Shown: positions 17,567-27,426, numbered from the stretch's first letter. The stretch: 64,000 bases of DNA from an uncultured Candidatus Saccharibacteria bacterium (GCA_964427275.1 CAYRSR010000002.1:1956-65955), one strand, 5' to 3'. Notes: generated from the letters alone by a model not told the origin. Numbers and translations are program-made.

Positions 17567-18190
17567 CTAATCTTGAATTAGAGGTACAAAACTAAATCCC
17601 CAGAAGCTCTTCTGTTCAAATTTATTTTTGGTAACCTTATCTAGAACTATAATACTGTCTCCTGAGGGAGTAATTAATCTTCCTCCAACTTTTAACTGGT
17701 TTTTCCAGCTTTCAGGAATAATCTTGGCGTCTGCCCCGCAAATTATCTTATCAAACGGAGATTCGCTGATGTATCCTTTTGAACCATCACCATAAACAAT
17801 CTTAACTATCCCCTTCTCTATGAAGTTGAATTTAGAAACATTATTGGTAGCCATTCTTGCTAACTCAAAAATTCTTTCAATTGCGACTACTCTTCCCTTT
17901 TCTCCAACCAAGTAAGCAAGAAGGGCAGTTACCCAGCCAGAACCTGCTCCAATATCCAAAACTTTATCGCCTGACTGTGCTTGAAGTAATTCCAGCATGA
18001 AAGCTACTACCAATGGTTGAGAAATAGTTTGACCGTAGCCAATCGGCAAAGGAGTATTTAAATAGGCCTGATTTTGATATTTTTTTAAAACAAATTCTTT
18101 TCGATCAACTGTTTGGAAAGCTTTAATAATTCTTTCTGATTTAAGATAGCCATGATTAATTAATTCCTCAATCAGTGATTGATTAGACAT
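17567..18190 (-). CDS. pcm: Protein-L-isoaspartate O-methyltransferase
   Basis: VLDIGAGSGW SAM-binding motif; PCMT fold; 207 aa. Confidence 0.85.
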   Translation of the reverse strand: MSNQSLIEELINHGYLKSERIIKAFQTVDRKEFVLKKYQNQAYLNTPLPIGYGQTISQPLVVAFMLELLQAQSGDKVLDIGAGSGWVTALLAYLVGEKGRVVAIERIFELARMATNNVSKFNFIEKGIVKIVYGDGSKGYISESPFDKIICGADAKIIPESWKNQLKVGGRLITPSGDSIIVLDKVTKNKFEQKSFWGFSFVPLIQD

Positions 18191-18332
18191 AGATATATTA
18201 AGTTTAATTATAAATTAGCTTAACTTAAATTACAATAAAAACCTTGACAAATTGTAAAGAATTAGTATAACTGAAGAAAGATTTAAAAATTAACAAATTT
18301 ATAAGGTAGCAAAAACTAAGGGAGGTGGGGAA

Positions 18333-18809
18333 ATGGTTTTTTTAGTGAAACTACTGGCGATAGTGGTTAGCTTAGTATGTCTGGATTATTTTTTGACAGC
18401 CATTGTACCCTGGCCTTATCGTCGAAAAAAGGAAATTAGAGTTTTTCTAATTTGCCCGGTTAGAAAAATCAAAGAGGAAGAAAAAGTAGCAATTAAAGAA
18501 TATATTGAAAATCTAGAATCAAAAGGATATAAGGTCTACTGGCCGTTAAGAGACACTGATCAAAATGATCCAATTGGTATTCGGATTTGTACTGATAATG
18601 CTAGAGCAATTATGAAAGCAGAAGAAATTCATGTCTGGTATAATCCTTCTTCTTCCGGTTCAAAATTCGATCTGGGAATGGTGTTTATGTTCAACCTTCT
18701 AAACCCTAGAAAAAGAAAGAAAATTATTATTGCCAACCCTTCAGCTGTTAGGGAAACAGATTATAAGAGCTTTGAAAATCTTTTGTTATATTTAGCAAGA
18801 CAAAAATAA
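18333..18809 (+). CDS. Hypothetical membrane-anchored protein with a nucleoside 2-deoxyribosyltransferase-like Rossmann core
   Basis: Strong RBS AAGGGAGGTGGGG; N-terminal TM helix; core VFLICPVR...HVWY...SSGSKFDLGMVF resembles the NDT/SLOG-like motif; followed by a strong intrinsic terminator. Family assignment is tentative. Confidence 0.4.
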   Translation: MVFLVKLLAIVVSLVCLDYFLTAIVPWPYRRKKEIRVFLICPVRKIKEEEKVAIKEYIENLESKGYKVYWPLRDTDQNDPIGIRICTDNARAIMKAEEIHVWYNPSSSGSKFDLGMVFMFNLLNPRKRKKIIIANPSAVRETDYKSFENLLLYLARQK

Positions 18810-18814
18810 TGTAT

Positions 18815-18839
18815 AAACGCGCCTTCCGGCGCGTTTTTT
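18815..18839 (+). terminator. Rho-independent terminator
   Basis: AAACGCGCC-TTCC-GGCGCGTTT perfect GC-rich 9 bp stem followed by TTTT(T)A. Confidence 0.7.
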
Positions 18840-18867
18840 ATTTATTTGTTGCTAAAAAATATTCGAG

Positions 18868-18954
18868 CGGAGGTGGAAGGATTCGAACCTTCGTTTCGCA
18901 CTAGCGAAAAGCGGTTTTCGAGACCGCCCCGTTAGACCACTCCGGCACACCTCC
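18868..18954 (-). tRNA. tRNA-Ser (anticodon CGA), long variable arm
   Basis: GGAGGTGTGCCGGAGTGGTCTAACGGGGCGGTCTCGAAAACCGC... anticodon loop cTCGAaa; extra arm; T-arm GGTTCGAATCC. Confidence 0.8.
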
Positions 18955-19018
18955 TCTTTTATTATATCACCTTTAACCCCCTTTTCAATTTCAGTTTTAA
19001 GTTTTATAATTTATTATT

Positions 19019-21715
19019 ATGGCTAAGTACGTTTACTTCTTTGCCAAGAATAAACCTGAAGGAAATGCTAAGTTAAAGGATATTCTTGGAGGTAAAGGAG
19101 CTAATCTAGCTGAAATGGCTAAAATTGGAATTCCTGTTCCACCCGGATTTACTATCTCAGCCGAAATTTGTCCAATATATTTAAAATATAAAAAAATTCC
19201 CTCCAAACTAAAACTTGAAATAGAAAAAAATCTTAAAAAATTAGAAAAAGTTGTTAGAAAAAAATTTGGTGACAAATGCGATCCACTATTAGTTTCAGTA
19301 AGAAGTGGAGCAGCTATATCTATGCCTGGAATGATGGATACTATTTTAAATCTGGGACTAAATCAAAAGTCAGTTGAAGGATTGGCTCAAAAAACAGGTA
19401 ATCAAAGATTTGCCTGGGATTCTTATCGAAGATTAATTCAGATGTTTGGAAATGTAGTAACTGGGATTGAACACTCTAAATTCGAACAGGAGATAGAAAA
19501 GATCAAAAAAAGAAGAAAAATTAAACAGGACCTGGAATTAACTGTAGAAGACTTAAAAGAGCTAGTAAAAAAATTTAAGGAAGTATACAAAAAGGAGACT
19601 AAACAGGACTTTCCAGATTCTCCTAGACAACAGCTATATTTAGCTATTGAAGCAGTATTTAAATCCTGGAACAATCCCAGAGCAGTTAAGTATAGGAAAA
19701 TCAACAAAATAACTGGTCTTCTTGGAACTGCTGTTAATGTCCAGACAATGGTTTTTGGAAATATGGGAAGAAATTCAGCTACCGGAGTAGCTTTCACCAG
19801 AAATCCAGCTACTGGAGAAAATGAATTTTACGGCGAGTACTTAATTAATGCTCAGGGAGAAGACGTTGTAGCCGGGATTAGAACTCCTAACCAGTTAACC
19901 AAAAAACTTTCAAGGAAATGGGCTAAAGAGAATGGAGTTAGTGAAGCAGTAAGGAAAAAACTTTATCCATCTCTGGAAGAAGCTATGCCGGAGGTATTTA
20001 AGCAACTTTGCGACATTAGAAAAAAATTAGAAAACCATTATAAGGATATTCAAGATATTGAGTTTACTATTCAGGAAGGAAAGCTGTATATCCTTCAAAC
20101 CAGAACTGGAAAGAGAACTGGTACCGCAGCAGTGAAAATTGCTGTAGATTTGGTAAAAGAAAAACTAATTGATAAACAAACTGCTTTAATGAGAGTTGGC
20201 CCGGAAAAAATTAAAGAACTCTTACATAAAAGAGTTGACTCTCAAGCAAAAATAAATGTTTTGGGAACTGGACTACCAGCTTCACCAGGAGCTGCTACAG
20301 GACAAATCGTGTTTGATGCTGAAGAGGCAGTCAGACAGGTAAAAGACGGAAAATCAGTAATTCTGGTTAGAAACGAAACCTCACCTGAAGATGTTGAAGG
20401 AATGAGTGTATCTGAAGGAATTTTAACTGCAATTGGTGGAATGACTTCTCATGCTGCAATTGTAGCAAGAGGAATGGGAACTCCTTGTGTAGTTGGGTGT
20501 TCAGACCTTGTCATTGATTATAAAAAACAAATTTGTACCATTGGAGGAAAAAAATTCAAGACGGGGGACTTTATTACTATTGACGGAACTAAAGGAAGAG
20601 TAATTGAAGGAAAAGTAAAACTGGTTTATCCAAAGCTAACTGCAAATTTTGCTAGATTAATCAAATGGGCTGATCAGATTAGAAAACTTGGAGTTAGAGC
20701 TAATGCCGAAACGCCTGAAGATGTAAAAAAAGCCAGAGAGTTTGGCGCTGAAGGAATTGGATTGTGTAGAACTGAACATATGTTTTTCAAAGAAGACAGA
20801 ATCATAAAGATGCAGCAAATGATCCTAGCCGAAACTGAATCAGCTAGAAAAGAAGCAATTTATTCTCTTTTACCTTTTCAAAAAAAAGACTTCATAGAGA
20901 TATTTAAAATAATGATGAATTTACCAGTAACTATTAGATTACTGGATCCGCCTCTTCATGAATTCCTCCCTAAAACTGAATTAGAAATTAAAACTCTAGC
21001 TAAAAAATTAAAAGTATCGGTCAGGGAAATAAAACAAAAAATTAATGATTTAAAAGAAGTTAACCCAATGTTAGGACATCGAGGATGTAGATTAGGTATT
21101 TCTTATCCAGAAATAACCAAAATGCAAACCAGGGCAATAATTGAAGCTGCAGCTGAACTTGTAAAGAAAGGAGTTCGGGTAAAACCGGAAATTATGGTTC
21201 CATTGGTTTCGATAAAAAATGAACTGGAAAATCAAATTAAGCTTATTAAACAAGAGGTTAGTAGAGTAATAAAAGAGAAACGGCAAAAAGTTAATTATAA
21301 AATCGGGACAATGATTGAAACTCCACGAGCTTGTATGATAGCTGATAAAATTGCTGAATTAGTTGACTTCTTCTCCTTTGGAACTAATGACTTAACCCAG
21401 ATGAGCTATGGGTTTTCAAGAGATGATATTGGAAAATTTTTACCAGCTTATATTGATGCTAGAATTGTCGAATATGATCCATTTATGATTTTAGATAGAT
21501 CTGGAGTTGGGCAATTGATGAAGCTTGCTGTTGAAAAGGGAAGAAAGACTAAACCAGATTTAAAAATCGGAATTTGTGGAGAACATGGTGGTGAACCAAC
21601 TTCAATTGAATTATGTCACCAGCTTAATTTAAGCTATGTTTCCTGCTCTCCGTACCGAGTCCCGATAGCTAAGTTAGCAGCAGCACAGGCAGCTATTAAG
21701 GATAAGAAAAAATAA
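19019..21715 (+). CDS. ppdK: Pyruvate, phosphate dikinase
   Basis: 898 aa; N-terminal ATP-grasp (GGKGANLAEM); central phospho-His domain GGMTSHAAIVARGMGTPCVVG; C-terminal PEP-utilising TIM barrel. Confidence 0.9.
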   Translation: MAKYVYFFAKNKPEGNAKLKDILGGKGANLAEMAKIGIPVPPGFTISAEICPIYLKYKKIPSKLKLEIEKNLKKLEKVVRKKFGDKCDPLLVSVRSGAAISMPGMMDTILNLGLNQKSVEGLAQKTGNQRFAWDSYRRLIQMFGNVVTGIEHSKFEQEIEKIKKRRKIKQDLELTVEDLKELVKKFKEVYKKETKQDFPDSPRQQLYLAIEAVFKSWNNPRAVKYRKINKITGLLGTAVNVQTMVFGNMGRNSATGVAFTRNPATGENEFYGEYLINAQGEDVVAGIRTPNQLTKKLSRKWAKENGVSEAVRKKLYPSLEEAMPEVFKQLCDIRKKLENHYKDIQDIEFTIQEGKLYILQTRTGKRTGTAAVKIAVDLVKEKLIDKQTALMRVGPEKIKELLHKRVDSQAKINVLGTGLPASPGAATGQIVFDAEEAVRQVKDGKSVILVRNETSPEDVEGMSVSEGILTAIGGMTSHAAIVARGMGTPCVVGCSDLVIDYKKQICTIGGKKFKTGDFITIDGTKGRVIEGKVKLVYPKLTANFARLIKWADQIRKLGVRANAETPEDVKKAREFGAEGIGLCRTEHMFFKEDRIIKMQQMILAETESARKEAIYSLLPFQKKDFIEIFKIMMNLPVTIRLLDPPLHEFLPKTELEIKTLAKKLKVSVREIKQKINDLKEVNPMLGHRGCRLGISYPEITKMQTRAIIEAAAELVKKGVRVKPEIMVPLVSIKNELENQIKLIKQEVSRVIKEKRQKVNYKIGTMIETPRACMIADKIAELVDFFSFGTNDLTQMSYGFSRDDIGKFLPAYIDARIVEYDPFMILDRSGVGQLMKLAVEKGRKTKPDLKIGICGEHGGEPTSIELCHQLNLSYVSCSPYRVPIAKLAAAQAAIKDKKK

Positions 21716-21716
21716 T

Positions 21717-22751
21717 TTATTCAACAATGTTTAAGTCTGTACCACACTTAGAACATTTTCCATTCTTATCAATCCGTTGGATGGTATAACCTACTCGACT
21801 AATCATCTTAGCTCCACATTTTGGACAATAGGTATTCTCAGCTTCTAGCCCTGGAATGTTGCCAATGTACACATATTTAAGCCCCATTTCTTTTCCAATT
21901 TGATAGGCTTCTTTCAAAACTTCAATTGGGGTATCAGGTAATTGCTTTAATTTCCAGGAGATACTTCCACAAAACTGGGTTATATGCCAGGGTGTATCAG
22001 GACCTAAATTACTTTTGATAAATCTGGCAATGTCTTTAAAAATCTTAGGCTTATCATTTAAGCTTGGAATAACTAAAGTGGTTACTTCTAAATGAATTTT
22101 TGCTTTCTTAACTCTAATCAGATTATCTAAAACCGGCTTTAATTTGCCACCACAATATTTAAGATAGAAATCATCTTCAAAACTTTTCAAATCGACATTT
22201 ACTGCATCAAGATAAGGAGAAATTAAATCAAAAGTTTGTCTTGACCAGAATCCATTGGATACCCAGGTATTTTTTAGTTTGGCTTTTTTTGCTAGCTTCA
22301 TAGTTTCTAAAGCAAATTCCAAAAAAATAGTCGGTTCAGTATAAGTATAAGAAATTGAGGGTAAATTATTTTTCAGTGCAATCTCTACAATTTCTTCTGG
22401 CGTATATTCTTCTCCCTCAATTTTTTTATATAACTTAGGACCCTGAGAAATATACCAGTTCTGACAGGAATAACAAGCAAAATTACAGCCAGCTGAAGCA
22501 ATAGATAAAGAATTTGTTCCGGGTAAAAAATGATAAAATGGCTTTTTTTCAATTGGATCAATATTTATGGCACAAAGTTTCTTATAATTTAAAGAATATA
22601 GTCTTCCTTGAATATTTTTAACTGTCCCACAAATACCAACTTCTCCTTCTGAAATAATGCAATAATGACTACATCTTAGACATTGAGCTTGATTATTAGA
22701 CAATTTTTTGTACAAATAGAGCTCTTTCATAGTTATCTTTTGCTTACACAT
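21717..22751 (-). CDS. Radical SAM enzyme of the AmmeMemoRadiSam / PFL-activase-like family
   Basis: N-terminal CLRCSHYC...GICG; DPIEKKPFYHF; CX3CX2C radical SAM cluster motif GCNFACYSCQNW; C-terminal zinc ribbon CPKCG...CSKCG. Confidence 0.7.
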   Translation of the reverse strand: MCKQKITMKELYLYKKLSNNQAQCLRCSHYCIISEGEVGICGTVKNIQGRLYSLNYKKLCAINIDPIEKKPFYHFLPGTNSLSIASAGCNFACYSCQNWYISQGPKLYKKIEGEEYTPEEIVEIALKNNLPSISYTYTEPTIFLEFALETMKLAKKAKLKNTWVSNGFWSRQTFDLISPYLDAVNVDLKSFEDDFYLKYCGGKLKPVLDNLIRVKKAKIHLEVTTLVIPSLNDKPKIFKDIARFIKSNLGPDTPWHITQFCGSISWKLKQLPDTPIEVLKEAYQIGKEMGLKYVYIGNIPGLEAENTYCPKCGAKMISRVGYTIQRIDKNGKCSKCGTDLNIVE

Positions 22752-23359
22752 GGACTATTCTTCAAATAAAATCTCCACTTCCTTTTAGACCAGTAGGGTC
22801 CAGCATAATCAATTCCAATTCGTCTGGTTGAAACAATTTCACCTTGACTTACTTTAACTCCTCTATCTTCTAACCAAATCCTCTGACTAGTACATAAGTC
22901 CTCGCCATAGAAGGATTTATTTAGTTTCAGGTACTGACAGACTTTTCCAGGTCCCTTAGCTAACTCGCTAATCTTTACTAGCCTATTATTAATCTTTATT
23001 AGTTTATTTAAATCAGGAGTAATAAATTGATGGTTTTTTACTATTACCGGTTCTAATGCTCTTATCAGAACACATTCTGGCTTTCCCTTTAAAGAAGTAC
23101 TAATATTCAATTGCCAGTACATTCCATAAATTAGATAAATATAAATATGTCCTCCAATAAAGTATTCAGCCTGATTTCTGGGAGTAAGTTTTCCCTGATA
23201 AGCATGTGATGCCTTATCTTCTGGGCCAATATAAGCCTCAGTTTCTACTATCTTGCCAGCTATTTTTCTTCCACGATAAACTCTAACAATATACTTACCC
23301 AAAACTTGTTTAGCTACTGTTAGAGTAGGTTGAGTATAAAATTTTCTGGGCAATCTCAT
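22733..23359 (-). CDS. mpg: DNA-3-methyladenine glycosylase (Mpg/AAG family)
   Basis: MRLPRKFYTQPTLTVAKQVLGKYIVRV...IVETEAYIGPEDKASHAY is the characteristic Mpg N-terminus; 208 aa. Confidence 0.8.
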   Translation of the reverse strand: MRLPRKFYTQPTLTVAKQVLGKYIVRVYRGRKIAGKIVETEAYIGPEDKASHAYQGKLTPRNQAEYFIGGHIYIYLIYGMYWQLNISTSLKGKPECVLIRALEPVIVKNHQFITPDLNKLIKINNRLVKISELAKGPGKVCQYLKLNKSFYGEDLCTSQRIWLEDRGVKVSQGEIVSTRRIGIDYAGPYWSKRKWRFYLKNSPCVSKR

Positions 23360-23361
23360 AA

Positions 23362-24699
23362 TTACATCTCGATAGCCGGTATTTCGGTAGTTGGAATTAA
23401 GGATTCTTCAGTTGGTAAGGTAAAGTAAAAAGTAGTTCCTCTGCCCAGAATGGATTCAACCCAGATTTCTCCACCATGATTTTCAATGATGTTTTTAGTG
23501 AGATAAAGTCCCAGTCCAGAGCCTTTTATCTCTTTGACATTGGAAGCCCTGAAGAATTTAGTGAACAATCTATCTACATCCTGTTTGGGTATACCTATCC
23601 CGGTATCTTCTACTGAAAGTTGAATGAACGGCTTTTGTTTTAGTTTTTTTATTCTAACCACTAATCTTCCCCCAGGAGTATTATATCTGATTCCATTGTC
23701 AATCAAATTTGATAAAGCCAATCCCAGCTTATCCGGATCAATTTTTAACAAGGGGATTGGTTCTTTTGGAGCTTCAAAAAATAGCTTGACTTCAAATTCC
23801 TTGGCTAATGGCTTGGCTGAAATCAGTATATCCTGAACAAACCTTACTATATCAACTTTCTTGAATTTATAACCAAACTTTCCTTCTTCTATTCTGGAGG
23901 TAGTCAAAAGGTCAGCCACTATTTTTAGTAAATGATTAGCAATATTAAGAGCTTCCTCCAGCATAATTTTTTGGTCTTCAGTTAAATTTTCTGCTTCAAC
24001 TAAACTTTCAAGTCCCCACTTAATTTCCCCAAGTGGCGTTCTGAGTTGATGAGCTGCTATGGTGACAAACTCCCCCTTAGCTTTGATTAATCTTTTTATT
24101 CTGGTCTGGTCTCTAATTACTTTAAAAAATCCAAGTAGTCTTCCAGATGGGTCGGTAATTTTACTAGTAGCTACTCTAAGTTCCAGACTTTTGAATGAAA
24201 TTTCTACAATACTGGGCCAGCTATCTGGAGAAGTAACAGGTTTCACTGCTGGAGCCAGGGAAGGAAAAACTGTTTGAATTAGAATTTGGTATTCAGGTTG
24301 CTTACTTAAAGCTGGGGTTAGGGTTTTGCCTAGAATCTTTTTGGCAGGAATTTTAAATATTTTCTCAGCAACCTTATTAAATATTATTACTTTGAAATCA
24401 GGATCATAAGCAATTAAACCATCTTGAAGTCCAGCAATAATACTTCTAATCTGGTTTCTCTCAATTTTCATTTCCCAATTTAACTTAGCTAATCTTAGAG
24501 AATTAACAAAAATTAAGCTGATAGCTATTAAACTGACTCCAAAGACAAGCCAGGCTAGAACAACTGGAAGAAAGATAAAATTAATTACTATAATAATAGT
24601 TAAAGCTGGTGTTAAAAACCAGAAAGTTCTCATTTCTGGAAGAGAAAGATAAAATTTAATCCTTCTGAAAAATCTTTTTATTGGATAAAAAACTCTCAT
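23362..24699 (-). CDS. Membrane-anchored PAS sensor histidine kinase; no response regulator in the window
   Basis: Two N-terminal TM helices, PAS-like region, HisKA H-box AAHQLRTPL, HATPase_c motifs (NLIDNGIRY, DTGIGI, GSGLGL). Confidence 0.8.
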   Translation of the reverse strand: MRVFYPIKRFFRRIKFYLSLPEMRTFWFLTPALTIIIVINFIFLPVVLAWLVFGVSLIAISLIFVNSLRLAKLNWEMKIERNQIRSIIAGLQDGLIAYDPDFKVIIFNKVAEKIFKIPAKKILGKTLTPALSKQPEYQILIQTVFPSLAPAVKPVTSPDSWPSIVEISFKSLELRVATSKITDPSGRLLGFFKVIRDQTRIKRLIKAKGEFVTIAAHQLRTPLGEIKWGLESLVEAENLTEDQKIMLEEALNIANHLLKIVADLLTTSRIEEGKFGYKFKKVDIVRFVQDILISAKPLAKEFEVKLFFEAPKEPIPLLKIDPDKLGLALSNLIDNGIRYNTPGGRLVVRIKKLKQKPFIQLSVEDTGIGIPKQDVDRLFTKFFRASNVKEIKGSGLGLYLTKNIIENHGGEIWVESILGRGTTFYFTLPTEESLIPTTEIPAIEM

Positions 24700-24718
24700 T
24701 AATTTTATTCTAGCATTT

Positions 24719-25621
24719 CTAAGTGTCCAAATTCAATTGATTTCCCTGGAATTTTTCCAATCTAGAAATCAGACGATTGAATCCCAGCTTCCTGAAATAA
24801 TTGATTAAATCTGCCCTTGGAATTTGATAAGCTAAATGATCTAACTTTAAATCAAACTTTAAATCCTGTCTGATAGAGGCCAGCTTTTTAACCAGCAGAG
24901 CTTGAGATTTTAATTGCTTGAGACTCTGACAAACTTTTGGAGAAACTATATTATCCAGCTTATTAAAGTTCTTATAAATTCCATCTAGATCACCAAATTG
25001 ATTGAGTAAAATTGCAGCAGTTTTTGGTCCAACTCCAGGAATTCCAGGCAGATTATCTGAAACATCCCCTACTAAAGCCTTGAAGTCTGGAATTTGTTCT
25101 GGAAATATACCTAGCCTGGATTTAACCTTAATCCTATCATAGGTATTCATTTCAGTTAATCCTTTTTGTGGAGTTCTAACCACAATTTTTTCTCCTCTTA
25201 CTAATTGTAAAGCGTCCAGGTCTCCGGTAAGAATGACTATTTTTAAATCCTTATATTTGGAAAAAAGATTAGCTAACGAACCTAAGATGTCATCGGCTTC
25301 AAAGCCGCTTTTTTCAAAAAATTTCATCTTAAATTTCTGTAGCAGCTTGCGAGACATTTTAATCTGAATTGCTAGCTCACCAGGAACCTTTGGTCTTTGA
25401 ATTTTGTATTCAGGATAAAGTTCTTCCCTAAAAGTTGGTTCAGGTCTATCAAAAGCAGCGGCTATGAAATCGGGCTTCTCTTCCCGAATTATCTTAAGTA
25501 AAGTACTGGACAATCCGTATAATGCATTAACTGGCTGTCCTGCTGGAGAAGTTAAAAGAGGTATAGCATGAAAACAGCGATGAATTATAGAATTAATATC
25601 AATTAACAATAAAGTTTTCAT
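24719..25621 (-). CDS. 5'-3' exonuclease / flap endonuclease (Pol I N-terminal domain homologue)
   Basis: MKTLLLIDINSIIHRCFHA...; acidic metal-binding residues; H3TH motif GIPGVGPKTA; 300 aa. Confidence 0.8.
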   Translation of the reverse strand: MKTLLLIDINSIIHRCFHAIPLLTSPAGQPVNALYGLSSTLLKIIREEKPDFIAAAFDRPEPTFREELYPEYKIQRPKVPGELAIQIKMSRKLLQKFKMKFFEKSGFEADDILGSLANLFSKYKDLKIVILTGDLDALQLVRGEKIVVRTPQKGLTEMNTYDRIKVKSRLGIFPEQIPDFKALVGDVSDNLPGIPGVGPKTAAILLNQFGDLDGIYKNFNKLDNIVSPKVCQSLKQLKSQALLVKKLASIRQDLKFDLKLDHLAYQIPRADLINYFRKLGFNRLISRLEKFQGNQLNLDT

Positions 25622-25626
25622 AAAAA

Positions 25627-27426
25627 TTAGTCTTTTTTAAGACGATGTTGGTAATACCAGTTAAACAACTTTTTAGCTACTGGCAGGGTATTTAAGCTTC
25701 CTTCTTTAGAGTTTTCAATTAAAATTAAAATGACTATTTGAGGATTGTCTACTGGTGCATAACCAACAAAAATAGCATTGGTCTGCTGTTTTTTTCTTAC
25801 CTCTACACTTCCAGTTTTTGCTGCAACTTTGAATGGTAAATCTTGTAACATTCTGGCAGTTCCATAAGGTTTACTAACTGATTCTACCATTCCCCGCTCT
25901 ATCTCCTTGAATATGAATGAATTAATATTCAGCTGAGATAATATTTCAAAATTCTGAGCCTTGGAAATTCTAAGCTTTAGAATTTTTCCTCTATTAGCAA
26001 TAGCACTAATGTAGCTAATCAATTCTAATGGGGTAATTGAAATCTCTCCCTGGCCAATGGAAATATTGTAAGTGTTTCCTAAAGTCCATTTGGAATTTAC
26101 TTCAGGTAAGTTTCCATTCACTTCTCCGGGAATATCAATTTGAGTTGGCTTATCCAGGTTAAATTTTTTAAAATATTCAATTAATTTTTTTGCTCCTAAT
26201 CCTTTAAAATCTCGATACCCTCCACCCAGCCGGTAAAAATAAACATTACAGGACTTAGCTAGAGCTGAATACAAATTTGTTTCTTGATGAGCTTTCCAAT
26301 CTCTAAAAATTGTTGGCAAGCCACCATAGGGATTTTCTAGAACCAATTTCCCGGAACAATAAATTGATTCCTCAGAGGAAATTATTTTTTCATTCAATCC
26401 AGCTATGGCTATTAATGGCTTAATAGTAGAACCGGGGGAATAGAGTCCGGATACAGCTCGATTAAATAGAGGCTGATTTTTTTGTTTTAAAAACTTGGAA
26501 ACCTGATTTAAATCAAATGAAGGTAAACTAACCAAAGCTAAAATTTCACCGGAGTTGGGATCAACTGCAATTCCAACTGCTCTGGTTAAATTCAATTCAG
26601 CTAATCTTTGTTTCAAAGTAGAATAAAAATATTTTTGAAGTTCTAGATCAATAAAGGTAGGAAGATCTCTTCCTGAAACTGGAGCTTTAACTATTTTCTG
26701 ACCTAAAACTTTTCCTTGAGCATCTCTAAATACTAACTTTCTCCCATTCCTTCCTCTCAGGTAAGAATCATAATATTTTTCTAGTCCAGTTTTACCTACT
26801 AAATCATTTATGTCTAGGTTAGGATTTTTTTGTAGTTCATCTTGATCAGCTAAGCTTAAATATCCTAAAACATGAGAAAGAACTAGAGAATCAGAATATT
26901 TTCGATTCCATCCTAATTCGATTTGAACTCCAGGTAAATCTTTTTGTCTTAAATCTAAAGCAATAGATTTATCCAAATTATCAACCAGGCAAATTTTACT
27001 AGCAGAGTCTTTAAGTTGATTAAACTTCTGTTCAACTACAGAAATATTTAGGTTTAGACTTCTAGCTAATTCTTGAAATATTTTTAGTTTTAGTTTTGGA
27101 TCCTTGGGTAAAGAATCTGGTAGAAGATTAAGACGATAAACTGGCTGATTGCTAGCTAATATAACTCCAAATCGGTCTAAAATCTTTCCACGTTTAGCAA
27201 AGACAGTGTAAGATTGATTTATATTCTGAAGAGCAATTTTTTGATAGGTTGGATAATTGGAAAATATTATTATCAAATAAAGAATCATAGTTATGCAAAT
27301 TAAACAAAAGATTATTAAAAAAAATTTAAAGACCCTGCTACTCAGTTGAACTTCAAGTAAGTCTTCAGATTGTTTTTTATCAATTAAAATATCTTCCAGA
27401 TTAATTTCCCGTTTTGTCCGTTGCAT
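25627..27426 (-). CDS. mrdA: Penicillin-binding protein 2 (elongasome transpeptidase, MrdA-like)
   Basis: N-terminal TM; STIKP (SxxK) and KTGS motifs; adjacent to an mreB homologue; 599 aa. Confidence 0.75.
   Translation of the reverse strand: MQRTKREINLEDILIDKKQSEDLLEVQLSSRVFKFFLIIFCLICITMILYLIIIFSNYPTYQKIALQNINQSYTVFAKRGKILDRFGVILASNQPVYRLNLLPDSLPKDPKLKLKIFQELARSLNLNISVVEQKFNQLKDSASKICLVDNLDKSIALDLRQKDLPGVQIELGWNRKYSDSLVLSHVLGYLSLADQDELQKNPNLDINDLVGKTGLEKYYDSYLRGRNGRKLVFRDAQGKVLGQKIVKAPVSGRDLPTFIDLELQKYFYSTLKQRLAELNLTRAVGIAVDPNSGEILALVSLPSFDLNQVSKFLKQKNQPLFNRAVSGLYSPGSTIKPLIAIAGLNEKIISSEESIYCSGKLVLENPYGGLPTIFRDWKAHQETNLYSALAKSCNVYFYRLGGGYRDFKGLGAKKLIEYFKKFNLDKPTQIDIPGEVNGNLPEVNSKWTLGNTYNISIGQGEISITPLELISYISAIANRGKILKLRISKAQNFEILSQLNINSFIFKEIERGMVESVSKPYGTARMLQDLPFKVAAKTGSVEVRKKQQTNAIFVGYAPVDNPQIVILILIENSKEGSLNTLPVAKKLFNWYYQHRLKKD

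Noticed and set aside
19033-24277. Antisense ORFs in ppdK (19033-19275, 19438-19797, 21092-21286) and in the histidine kinase (23624-23836, 24059-24277)
   Set aside because: Same reasoning: no independent signals, and they overlap strongly supported coding sequence.
21717-24699. Possibility that radical SAM, mpg and the histidine kinase form a defence or modification island
   Set aside because: Each gene has a plain housekeeping explanation, and there are no nucleases, methyltransferases, ATPases or mobile-element hallmarks of defence islands. The observation was kept only as an operon-context note.
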